Positions 8,010 to 16,203 of a DNA stretch of 36,034 nt are shown piece by piece. Position numbers and translations under genes: made by a program. The notes beneath the pieces were generated by a model, which was given only the letters and a program-made list of their open reading frames with translations, did no database searches and had not been told where the DNA came from. Origin of the DNA: Acidobacteriota bacterium (GTDB lineage Bacteria; Acidobacteriota; UBA6911; RPQK01; JADFOI01); contig JAZFRU010000057.1 in the NCBI GenBank assembly GCA_036445815.1, positions 1 through 36,034 of the forward strand. The letters are read 5' to 3'. Each line of letters starts with the position of its first letter. Position 1 is the stretch's first letter.

Positions 8010-8291
8010 TCAATTCTGATCGTGTCGAAAGGCAACAATCACGATCGAGGACATGAGTATCAGCGGGGGAAACAGAAGCACTAGAATGCCTAAATTGATG
8101 GCATCGAGGGTACTTTCCGCCTGACCAATCAAAGCCGTCTTGCACAGCGGACAGGACTGCGCCAAAGCCGGAGAGGAGAGCAGAAGAACAATAGAGCAAA
8201 AGAGCCAGGGAACGAGCGAGTGCCGGATCCACCATGATCGTCCAGCCGGAAGCAAATCGACGAAGAAGGTCTTCTTTCGTTTCATGATCAT
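8010..8291 (-). CDS. Small CxxC membrane protein of the oxidase cluster
   Basis: Signal-like segment ending PALA-Q, then SCPLC, then one TM helix (INLGILVLLFPP); same strand as the cluster. Exact start uncertain (8291 or 8285). Confidence 0.7.
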   Translation of the reverse strand: MIMKRKKTFFVDLLPAGRSWWIRHSLVPWLFCSIVLLLSSPALAQSCPLCKTALIGQAESTLDAINLGILVLLFPPLILMSSIVIVAFRHDQN

Positions 8292-8313
8292 CTGGTCCGA
8301 TTACACTTTTGAG

Positions 8314-8610
8314 TTATTGACGAAATTCCAGAAGCCTCAGGCCATCGGGAAAAACAATGAACATCATGGCAATGCAGAAGGCCACCGCAGGAATAATGGT
8401 AAGAACCAGGCTGCTCCTCTCGTAGCGCAGATGCATGAAATAGGCGACGATCAACCCTGTCTTCCCGAAGGAGAGCAGCAACAGCAGACCCAGCATCAGG
8501 GTCACCGACAGGGACTGGTAGGCCAGCAGGACCTCGACCACCGTCAGGATTAACAAGGCCGACCAAACCATCATGATCAGTTTATTATTGTTGTCATGGT
8601 CTGAACTCAT
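8314..8610 (-). CDS. Cytochrome c oxidase subunit IV family protein
   Basis: Three TM helices with LTVVEV and K.GLIVAYFMHLRYE motifs; directly follows the subunit III genes. Confidence 0.88.
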   Translation of the reverse strand: MSSDHDNNNKLIMMVWSALLILTVVEVLLAYQSLSVTLMLGLLLLLSFGKTGLIVAYFMHLRYERSSLVLTIIPAVAFCIAMMFIVFPDGLRLLEFRQ

Positions 8611-8646
8611 CTTCTACCCTCTTTCTCTCTGTTGTTCTGTTGCAGC

Positions 8647-9270
8647 CTACATCTGGTTTGACAGCAGGTACACCATGGGAAAAATGAACATCCACACCAG
8701 ATCAACGAAATGCCAGTACAGCCCACTGACCTCCACGTCATCCGCGTTATATTTACCCTTCCCAAGGCCGTAGGCCACGATGGCCAGGTACACCACACCG
8801 CCGGTCACGTGGGTCATGTGCAAGCCGGTCAGCGTAAAGAAGGAGGCCCCAAAAAGAGGGACGCCCCAGGGGTTGCCAAAGGGGGTGACCCCTTCGTGGA
8901 TCAATTCCAACCACTCATTGATGTGGAGAATCATGAAAAGCAATCCGCCGGTTATGGTAGCCATAATCCAGATGACGGCTCGCCTCATTTCCTGCCGCTT
9001 GGCTGCTGCCACAGCCAGCACCATGGTCAGGGAACTGGAGAGCAGGCAAAAAGTCATCACGGTGGCCATGAAGATATTGAATCCGCCAAAGGGTCGGGGC
9101 CATTCCACGTTGGACAGACGCAGATAACTGTAGGCGATCAAGAAAGCGGTAAAGGTCAGTGTGTCGGACATGAGGAACAGCCACATGCCCAGCTTATTGG
9201 AACTGACCGCATAAGGAGATCCTCCTCCGCCCCAGGCGGAGACTCTGGTGTCGCTCACAACTTCAGCCAT
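8647..9270 (-). CDS. ctaE: Heme-copper oxidase subunit III (second copy, CoxP-like)
   Basis: KLGMWLFLMSD, TFCLLSSSLTM, FFTLTGLHMTHV, GLYWHFVDLVW. Confidence 0.9.
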   Translation of the reverse strand: MAEVVSDTRVSAWGGGGSPYAVSSNKLGMWLFLMSDTLTFTAFLIAYSYLRLSNVEWPRPFGGFNIFMATVMTFCLLSSSLTMVLAVAAAKRQEMRRAVIWIMATITGGLLFMILHINEWLELIHEGVTPFGNPWGVPLFGASFFTLTGLHMTHVTGGVVYLAIVAYGLGKGKYNADDVEVSGLYWHFVDLVWMFIFPMVYLLSNQM

Positions 9271-9273
9271 TCA

Positions 9274-9924
9274 TTACCTCCAAAACAAAAGCAGCCCAAA
9301 GAGATAAACCCACAATCCGTCCATAAAATGCCAGTAGAGTGAGGTCACACCCAGGATGGTGGCGATGGAAGTGTTTGAGGTTTTCCATCGAATCTTCCAG
9401 GAGATGTACAAAAGCGCCACCACACCCCCCAGGAGATGGATGCCGTGGGTCGCCGTTAAAACGTAAAAGAAGGAACTACTGGGATTCGTACCCACGTACA
9501 CACCCTCGTTGATCAGCTGCAGCCAGGCCAGGATCTGCCCGGCCAGGAATGCCGCCCCCAGGGCCGTTGTCGCCCACCACCAGTTCTGGAAGTGGCCGGT
9601 GCTCCCGTAACCTCGCCGCGCCTTTTCCAGGGTAAAGCTGCTGACCAGCAAAACAAGTGTGTTGGCCCATAAAATACCGGGAAGAGTCGTTGCCTGCCAG
9701 TCATCGGAGATACCACTGCGAACCACCAGGGCGCTGGTGAAGGCGGCAAACACCATCAGTATGGCACCCAGCCCTAACATCATCCCGGTATAGTAGCGAT
9801 GTTCCGGGACAGGGCGTCCTTCACTCCGACCATCGTGACCGGAGCCACCTGGATCAAAGTTCTCCCGGTTGCCTCCCGGCGGCACAGGTCTTTTATCGGG
9901 CATCGGCGGTGCAATCGTCGCCAT
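9274..9924 (-). CDS. ctaE: Heme-copper oxidase subunit III (first copy, CoxO-like)
   Basis: NTLVLLVSS, FLAGQ, FFYVLTATHGIH, YWHFMDGLW. Confidence 0.9.
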   Translation of the reverse strand: MATIAPPMPDKRPVPPGGNRENFDPGGSGHDGRSEGRPVPEHRYYTGMMLGLGAILMVFAAFTSALVVRSGISDDWQATTLPGILWANTLVLLVSSFTLEKARRGYGSTGHFQNWWWATTALGAAFLAGQILAWLQLINEGVYVGTNPSSSFFYVLTATHGIHLLGGVVALLYISWKIRWKTSNTSIATILGVTSLYWHFMDGLWVYLFGLLLFWR

Positions 9925-9927
9925 GGT

Positions 9928-11703
9928 CTAACCCTCTGTCTTCTCCGGCGCCGTCTGCATGGTGAAGTCCTCGGACTCACCCGGCACACTGTATTCATAG
10001 GCCCCGCGATACACGACAGGCAATTTGCCGGCGAAGTTATCATGGGGTGGAGGTGAGGGAATTCCCCATTCCAAAGTGGTGCAATCCCAGGGATTCATCT
10101 CCGCCTTTTTCCCCCGGAAGAGACTCCAGAAGAGATTGGCGAGAAAAAGGGCCTGAGCCGCAATGGTGATGAAGGCCGCCACCGTGATGAACTGATGAAG
10201 CGGCATCAACGGCTCCAGGAAATCAAACCCGGTCAATTCGGGATAGCGACGCGGCTGACCCTCCATGCCCAGAAAATGCATCGGCATGAAAATGGCATAC
10301 ACACCCACAAAGGTAATCCAGAAGTGCACTTTCCCCCAGAACTCGTTTAAATGCCGGCCGAACATCTTGGGAAACCAGAAATAGGACCCGCCGAACATCC
10401 CGAAAATGGCGGCCACGCCCATGATCAAGTGAAAGTGCCCCACCACGAAGTAGGTGTCGTGTAAAAAGATGTCGGTGGAGGGTTGATTCAAAAACAGGCC
10501 CCCCAGCCCACCGGTGACGAACAGGGAAACAAATCCAAGTGCGTACAGCATGGCGGTCGTGAGGCGAATGCTGCCCCCCATGATGGTCCCCAGCCAGTTA
10601 AAGGTCTTGATGGCGGACGGGACGGCAATGGCCGTGGTAATCGTGGCGAACAAAATGGCCGTGTAGGGACTCATTCCACTCATGAACATGTGATGCCCCC
10701 ACACCATGAACCCGAGAATGCCGATGGCAAACATGGCGTAGACCATGGCTTTGTAGCCAAAAATCGGCTTGCGGGCAAAGGTGGAGAGGATCTGAGAGGC
10801 CACCCCCATGCCGGGAAGAATGGCGATGTAGACCTCGGGATGTCCGAAGAACCAGAAGAGGTGTTGCCAAAGCAGTGGCGAGCCTCCCTTGTGGTCGATC
10901 AGCTGATCGCTGACCACCAGCCCTCCAGGGATGAAGAAACTGGACCCCGCCATCCGATCCATCAGTAAAAGAACTCCCGCGGACAATAAAACCCCGAAGG
11001 CCAGTAACCCCAATATGGCCGTCACAAACCAGGACCAGACCGTCAGGGGCATCCTCATCAAGGTCATCCCCTTGGTTCGTAAGTCAATGGTGGTGGCGAT
11101 AAAATTCAGGGCCCCCAGCAGAGCGGCGATACAGAAGATGGCGATGCTGATGATCCAGAGATTCTGCCCCATTCCCAGGCCAGGTCCTGCGATCTCACCC
11201 AGGGCGCTCAGCGGCGGATAGGCCGTCCATCCCGAAATCGGGGGTCCGCCCGTGACAAAAAAGGCCGCCATCAGAACCATCAGAGCCAGTAAAGTGAGCC
11301 AGAAGGAGAGCATGTTCAGGATCGGAAAGGCCATGTCGTCCGCGCCGATCTGGATGGGAAGGAAATAGTTTCCAAAACCGCCCTGAGGCGCGGTGGTCAG
11401 GACGAAAAAGACCATGATGGTTCCGTGCATGGTCAAAAAAGAAAGATAGAATTCCGGGGTCATGACCCCGCCCGGAGCACCCACCGGGAAGAAGGTTTCT
11501 AAAAGCGGAAGCTCCGTCCCCGGCCAGACCAGGTTGAAACGTATGAAGATCGAAAGGACCATCCCCACGATCACGGAGAAAAGGGCCAGGAAGTAGTACT
11601 GAATACCGATGACCTTGTGATCGGTACTGAAAACGTACTTTCGAATGAAGCTGGTGGGAGCCTCATGATGGACGGCATGGGTTGCTGGGGCGGCTTCTGC
11701 CAT
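9928..11703 (-). CDS. ctaD: Cytochrome c oxidase subunit I, A1 type
   Basis: TDHKVIG, HGTIM, DMAFP, WFFGHPEVY, VWGHHM, AVPSAIK, HDTYFVVGHFH, PRRY. Confidence 0.97.
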   Translation of the reverse strand: MAEAAPATHAVHHEAPTSFIRKYVFSTDHKVIGIQYYFLALFSVIVGMVLSIFIRFNLVWPGTELPLLETFFPVGAPGGVMTPEFYLSFLTMHGTIMVFFVLTTAPQGGFGNYFLPIQIGADDMAFPILNMLSFWLTLLALMVLMAAFFVTGGPPISGWTAYPPLSALGEIAGPGLGMGQNLWIISIAIFCIAALLGALNFIATTIDLRTKGMTLMRMPLTVWSWFVTAILGLLAFGVLLSAGVLLLMDRMAGSSFFIPGGLVVSDQLIDHKGGSPLLWQHLFWFFGHPEVYIAILPGMGVASQILSTFARKPIFGYKAMVYAMFAIGILGFMVWGHHMFMSGMSPYTAILFATITTAIAVPSAIKTFNWLGTIMGGSIRLTTAMLYALGFVSLFVTGGLGGLFLNQPSTDIFLHDTYFVVGHFHLIMGVAAIFGMFGGSYFWFPKMFGRHLNEFWGKVHFWITFVGVYAIFMPMHFLGMEGQPRRYPELTGFDFLEPLMPLHQFITVAAFITIAAQALFLANLFWSLFRGKKAEMNPWDCTTLEWGIPSPPPHDNFAGKLPVVYRGAYEYSVPGESEDFTMQTAPEKTEG

Positions 11704-11722
11704 AGTTAATCTCTCCTACCTT

Positions 11723-12508
11723 TTAGAATTCCGACTGTTCCCTGAGCCATTCAGCGTAGTCTTCTTCCGAGAACACATCGATGAAACTTCTCATCCGGTG
11801 ATGGCCCAGGCCGCACAACTCGGCACAGGCAATCTCGTACTTGCCGAGTTTCGTTGCCGTGAACCTGAGGGGAATGACCATTCCGGGCAAGGTGTCCTGC
11901 TTCACCCGCAGCTCTCTCACGGAAAACGAGTGGGTGACATCCTTGGAGCGGAGCAACAACTCAATGGGGCGATTCACCGGAACCGCCATGGTGGGAATAA
12001 CGATGTCGTCCTCACCCGCAGGATCGTCCGGATCCAGTCCCAGAGGGTTCCCTCCGGAATCATCGATCAGTTCCGGCACGGTTGCTCCGAACTGACCGTC
12101 AGGGCCCGGGTAGCGAATGTTCCACGCAAACTGCTGTCCCGTCACTTCAATTTGAAGGGCACCCTCGGGGGCAGCTTGGATGTACATGTCGATCCAGACC
12201 TGGAATCCCAGCAGCACCATGGCATAAAAAAGCACGGTGGTGGCAGTGGTCCAGATGATTTCCATCTTGTCGTTCCCATGGCTGTAGGTGGCCTTGTGAC
12301 CGGGCCGCTCACGGTAACGGACGATGAAATACCCCAGCGCGACCTGGGCGAGAACAAAGATGAAGCCCGTGACGACCAGCGTGACCACGAACTGGATATC
12401 CAGCTGGGCCCCATGAGCTGAGGCCGACTCAGGAAACCACCAGACACGTCCCGCAAACAGAATGACGCTGATCAGGGTGATGATCCATATGGTAATGGCC
12501 AGTAGCAT
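11723..12508 (-). CDS. ctaC: Cytochrome c oxidase subunit II (CuA), no fused cytochrome c domain
   Basis: DVTHSF and CAELCGLGHHRM CuA ligands; EIIWT; no CxxCH motif. Confidence 0.95.
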   Translation of the reverse strand: MLLAITIWIITLISVILFAGRVWWFPESASAHGAQLDIQFVVTLVVTGFIFVLAQVALGYFIVRYRERPGHKATYSHGNDKMEIIWTTATTVLFYAMVLLGFQVWIDMYIQAAPEGALQIEVTGQQFAWNIRYPGPDGQFGATVPELIDDSGGNPLGLDPDDPAGEDDIVIPTMAVPVNRPIELLLRSKDVTHSFSVRELRVKQDTLPGMVIPLRFTATKLGKYEIACAELCGLGHHRMRSFIDVFSEEDYAEWLREQSEF

Positions 12509-12577
12509 CCACTTATCCTTTCGAGATCAAGATGTGGTAATCAAAATTATGGTTAACCCCCCGGAAAACCGATCGCT

Positions 12578-12606
12578 ATTCTACCCATCCAATCAAAGAT
12601 TTTCAA
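12578..12606 (-). promoter_or_regulatory. Putative sigma70 promoter of the oxidase operon
   Basis: Minus strand TTGAAA (12606-12601), 17-nt spacer, TAGAAT (12583-12578), ~70 nt upstream of the subunit II start. Confidence 0.55.
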
Positions 12607-12657
12607 CCGAACAATTCAAGGTTTTTTCTTTGAAGGCGAGAAAGTCGCCCAAAAGGC

Positions 12658-12828
12658 TTAGAATTCGAGCAACTGCCCGCATTGCCGACAACGAGTTCGC
12701 CGCCTGGCGTTGAGGGTCCCGCATTGTGTGCAGCGATGATACATGCGAGTCGCGAACAATTGTGTGATGTAGGCGCTTGAACCCAGAATGGCGATGACCA
12801 GGAGGATCCCCAGGACGGTCTGGACCAT
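12658..12828 (-). CDS. 56-aa membrane-anchored zinc-finger protein (absent from the ORF track)
   Basis: Manual translation MVQTVLGILLVIAILGSSAYITQLFATRMYHRCTQCGTLNARRRTRCRQCGQLLEF*; AAAGGA RBS 8 nt upstream; TM helix plus C-x2-C-x3-N-x6-C-x2-C. Confidence 0.8.
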   Translation of the reverse strand: MVQTVLGILLVIAILGSSAYITQLFATRMYHRCTQCGTLNARRRTRCRQCGQLLEF

Positions 12829-12862
12829 GAATGAAATCCTTTCAGTTCAGCGGACTGTCATT

Positions 12863-13858
12863 TCAAGGATTTTCGGACCCAGCTTCAACCGCTTCTTTCG
12901 ATTCTGTGGTGAGATGATCGATTTCCAGTCGCCCAAAACAACCTTCGGCTTGCGCCATGATCCAGTCGGCAATGATGGGATGGGGCAGCAGGGCGCGTCC
13001 GTCACTCACATACTCCAGCCCTTCCAGAACTTCAGAATAGGGACCGAAGCCGAAAACTCGGAAAGGAACCACCAGGACCTTGTTCCCCTGTCGCCCCTCT
13101 TCCTGAACAAATGACCTGATTTGCGCCTCGGCCTCAGCACGCTTGTCGCCCCAATCCTCGCGAAGTGTCTCCACACGGACCTGGCGGAAGGGGCCAGTCT
13201 CACGAACCTGGGTGGCCAGCTCATCCACCCGGGAAACCCACTGGGAATCGATGTCGTTGTCGCCCTCTCCATGGGCCAGAATGAGAACCGACTCCTTCTC
13301 GGGTTCTGTGCTCAAGACGGCCACGCGTTCCACAATGATTCGCCCGATGGCGGCAGAGTCGTAAAGACCTTCCCGGTTCAGTAGTAGGATGGCAACTCTT
13401 TGGATCGGGGAGGGAGCCTGGTTGCCGGGAATCATCTCGATGTGATGACTCATGCTCAGATCTCCTCCACCGTGGTGGTGCAAGTACTGAACAGGAGGCT
13501 CAGAACGCAGACCCAGTAGATACTCGGTCTGCTCCCTGAAGGACTGGGAAGAGACGAAAAGGCCGACCGCCGCAATGTGGGTCACCCCTTCGGCTTCTAA
13601 TTCCTGAACGGCCTTTTGCAAGGGGCCGGGCTGCGCCATCCCAAAGGCGATGCGAACCGGCGAAATCGAACGGAGAGGGGCTATAGATTCCACGACAGCG
13701 GCATTCCACTCGGGCGAACCGCCATGGGCCATCACCAGGATTCCTGTTTTCACTCCAGCTTCGGCCGGCTGGGTGCCGGTGACGGGAAGAATCGAAACAA
13801 GGGAAACAGATAGCAGTACGATTAGGGGTCTCACGAGCATTCCTTCCATGGCTTTCAT
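12863..13858 (-). CDS. CbiX/SirB-like (class II) chelatase-fold protein with signal peptide
   Basis: Two repeats with LVMAHGG and LILAHGEG motifs, His-rich linker HHHGGGDLSMSHH, N-terminal hydrophobic segment ending AEA. Start probably 13858 (alternatives 13849, 13840). Confidence 0.75.
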   Translation of the reverse strand: MKAMEGMLVRPLIVLLSVSLVSILPVTGTQPAEAGVKTGILVMAHGGSPEWNAAVVESIAPLRSISPVRIAFGMAQPGPLQKAVQELEAEGVTHIAAVGLFVSSQSFREQTEYLLGLRSEPPVQYLHHHGGGDLSMSHHIEMIPGNQAPSPIQRVAILLLNREGLYDSAAIGRIIVERVAVLSTEPEKESVLILAHGEGDNDIDSQWVSRVDELATQVRETGPFRQVRVETLREDWGDKRAEAEAQIRSFVQEEGRQGNKVLVVPFRVFGFGPYSEVLEGLEYVSDGRALLPHPIIADWIMAQAEGCFGRLEIDHLTTESKEAVEAGSENP

Positions 13859-14043
13859 GTGTTGGTCCCCATCAAAGGGGCATTCTCCACGGCCAGGCCA
13901 CAAACTCCAAAGACTTCAGGCTTGGAGAAACGACCGTCCGATACACCATCCAAAAAGATATCATACTCAATCCTAACGCCCCCTCCAGGGAGATGAATAC
14001 CGACCTGTAAAATCTTACCCCGTAACGTGAGATACTGAGGCCG

Positions 14044-15171
14044 ATGAGACTTGCACCTTACGCAATGCGTGATGAATTGACCGAAGGAAGACGCTACCCG
14101 GAAGAGTCTCATCCCTATCGATCTGAGTACCAACGGGATCGCGACCGCATTGTTCACACCAAGGCCTTCCGAAGACTGGAGAACAAGACTCAAGTTTTTG
14201 ACCCGAACTATTCCGACCATTTTCGGAACCGACTGACTCATACCATCGAAGTGAGCCAGATTACCCGTACCATCAGCCCGGCGCTGGAACTGAACACGGA
14301 TCTGTGCGAGGTTCTGGCCTTGAGTCATGACATCGGCCATCCTCCTTTTAGCCACGAAGGCGAACGAGTCCTGGACCAGTTGATGAAGGAGCATGGCTCG
14401 GGCTTCGAACACAACCTTCATGCACTGCGCATTGTGGAGGATTTCGAAGAAAAGTACGCTGCCTTTCGAGGACTCAATCTGACCTTTGAAGTCCGCGAAG
14501 GCATCATCAAGCACAGTCGGAACTACACACCGGAAGACAAATCCTATGTTGACATACAGGAGTACCGCCTTGACGATTACCCTCCGCTGGAGGCTCAGTT
14601 GATCGACCTGGCAGATGAGATTGCCTACAACACCGCCGACCTGGATGATGGGTACGACTCCGGATTTCTGACTCTGGGACAAATGGTAGAGCAGGTCGAA
14701 CTGTTCCGAACGACCTATGGACGGATTGAAAAGAGGCACTCCGGCACGCTCGAAAAGCTCAAGGTCAGTGAAACCGTGAGAGAATTGATCAATATTCTGG
14801 TGACGAGCCTGGTGACTGAAAGTCGAGCTGTTCTGAAAGCCGGAGGAATCGACTCGGTCGAGAAAGTCCGCCGTGCCAAGACACGACTGCTGGGTTTTGA
14901 TGAGAAAATCGCCAAACAGAATCGCGAACTGAAGGAGTTTCTGCACCGCAATCTCTATGATCATTCAATCATGAGGGAACCGCGCAAGAAGGCTCAAAGC
15001 CAGATCGAGAACCTATTTCATTATTATCTGGATAATCCCCAGAGGCTTCCCGAGAGTCACTCCTCTCGTATCTCCATTCTGGGACTTGAGCGCATCGTCT
15101 GTGACTATATCGCCGGCATGACCGACAAATACGCCCAGGCCAGGCATGCGGAGATTTCCGGGAGGACATAA
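14044..15171 (+). CDS. dgt: Deoxyguanosinetriphosphate triphosphohydrolase-like protein
   Basis: YQRDRDRIVH..AFRRL..KTQVF, RNRLTHTIEV, HDIGHPPFSH, ADEIAY, DYIAGMTD. Confidence 0.93.
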   Translation: MRLAPYAMRDELTEGRRYPEESHPYRSEYQRDRDRIVHTKAFRRLENKTQVFDPNYSDHFRNRLTHTIEVSQITRTISPALELNTDLCEVLALSHDIGHPPFSHEGERVLDQLMKEHGSGFEHNLHALRIVEDFEEKYAAFRGLNLTFEVREGIIKHSRNYTPEDKSYVDIQEYRLDDYPPLEAQLIDLADEIAYNTADLDDGYDSGFLTLGQMVEQVELFRTTYGRIEKRHSGTLEKLKVSETVRELINILVTSLVTESRAVLKAGGIDSVEKVRRAKTRLLGFDEKIAKQNRELKEFLHRNLYDHSIMREPRKKAQSQIENLFHYYLDNPQRLPESHSSRISILGLERIVCDYIAGMTDKYAQARHAEISGRT

Positions 15172-15220
15172 CTAGCTGAAATCAAAGCGGGTTAACCTGA
15201 ACCTGAAGGGCGTATCTACC

Positions 15221-15250
15221 TTGACACCTGAAAGAAATATGAGGTAGAGT
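15221..15250 (+). promoter_or_regulatory. Putative sigma70 promoter of the yceD-rpmF-fab operon
   Basis: TTGACA (15221-15226), 18-nt spacer, TAGAGT (15245-15250). Confidence 0.5.
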
Positions 15251-15294
15251 TTGTCTTCTTTTTTGAATCAAACACCCTCACAAGGTGGTGGATA

Positions 15295-15840
15295 GTGTTG
15301 GTCGATATCAATGAGCTCAGAGGCCGGGACGAGCCTCTCGTGAAGGTACAGGATTTCGCCGAAGGTGAGCTCGATGTGGCCAATGACGTCAGTGCATTGA
15401 AACGACCCGTTCACTCGGAGCTCCGAATCTCCCTTTCAGGAGAGCGGCTCCGGGTCGAAGGTGCTTTGACAGCTGACCTGGAACTGACCTGCGCTCGCTG
15501 TCTGCAGCCTATTGAGAAGTCGGTTGAAAAGAATTTTAAACTGGACTACCGGCCCGATCCGACGCTGGAAGAGGGAGAGGATGTCAGTTTGAGTTACACC
15601 GACCTGAATGTCGGGTTCTACCGTGACCAGCAGTTAGATGTGAGTGCTTTGATCTCCGAGCAGGTGGTTCTGGAAATCCCCATGAATCCCGTCTGCCAGG
15701 AGGATTGCAAGGGTTTGTGCGACCAGTGCGGCACCAATCTAAATGAGGGGAAATGCAGTTGTGAGACCCATCAGATGGATCCCCGGTTGGCGATTCTGGC
15801 GGAATTCAAGAAGAAGAAAGCAAAGAATCCTGAGCGATAA
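15295..15840 (+). CDS. yceD: DUF177/YceD family protein
   Basis: CARCL, C.EDCKGLC..CG.NLN...C.C and DPRLA motifs; canonical position upstream of rpmF. Confidence 0.92.
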   Translation: MLVDINELRGRDEPLVKVQDFAEGELDVANDVSALKRPVHSELRISLSGERLRVEGALTADLELTCARCLQPIEKSVEKNFKLDYRPDPTLEEGEDVSLSYTDLNVGFYRDQQLDVSALISEQVVLEIPMNPVCQEDCKGLCDQCGTNLNEGKCSCETHQMDPRLAILAEFKKKKAKNPER

Positions 15841-15876
15841 GATAAAAGAAGTAAAAGAAGAAGTAGAGGAATAGAA

Positions 15877-16059
15877 ATGCCCAATCCAAAGAGAAGACAC
15901 TCCAAGTCAAGAACGAGAAAACGGCGGTCGCACGATTTCTTGACCGCTCCGAGTCTGTCCATCTGTAGTAATTGTGGATCGTCGGTGCTCCCCCATCGAG
16001 TTTGTGCAAACTGTGGGCACTACAAAGGTCGACAGGTGATCGAGGTGGAGGACGTCTGA
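15877..16059 (+). CDS. rpmF: 50S ribosomal protein bL32 (zinc-binding form)
   Basis: MPNPKRRHSKSR, CSNC...PHRVCANCG.YKGR. Confidence 0.97.
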   Translation: MPNPKRRHSKSRTRKRRSHDFLTAPSLSICSNCGSSVLPHRVCANCGHYKGRQVIEVEDV

Positions 16060-16060
16060 C

Positions 16061-16201
16061 TTCGTGCTCTTGTGCATTTGTACTTTCGTGCCATCGTCAC
16101 TTCCTGACTTAGGTTGAAGTACATCTTGTGCCGACCCCACCGAGGCACGACCAACGAAATCCCACTTCACCCCAAGAAAGCACGATTGCACGAGGTCACG
16201 A
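16061..16201. repeat. Inverted octamer arrays in the rpmF-fabD spacer
   Basis: TTCGTGCT CTTGTGCA TTTGTACT TTCGTGCC (16061-16092) versus AAGCACGA TTGCACGA GGTCACGA (16178-16201). Confidence 0.55.
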
Positions 16202-16203
16202 AC

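Noticed and set aside
8647-9924. Two subunit III genes as a recent duplication or pseudogene
   Set aside because: Both are intact and divergent; paired short subunit III genes are known from coxMNOP-type operons.
12510-12610. FNR/Rex-type operator upstream of the oxidase
   Set aside because: Only ATCAA half-sites in direct orientation; no TTGAT-N4-ATCAA or Rex palindrome.
13855-14964. 369-aa minus-strand ORF
   Set aside because: Antisense to dgt, which has all family motifs.
14044-15171. dGTPase as an anti-phage defence gene
   Set aside because: Short housekeeping-type Dgt in a core context with no neighbouring defence genes.
15838-15876. Purine-rich AAGAAG-like tract before rpmF
   Set aside because: Best explained as an unstructured translation-initiation region; no regular repeat unit.
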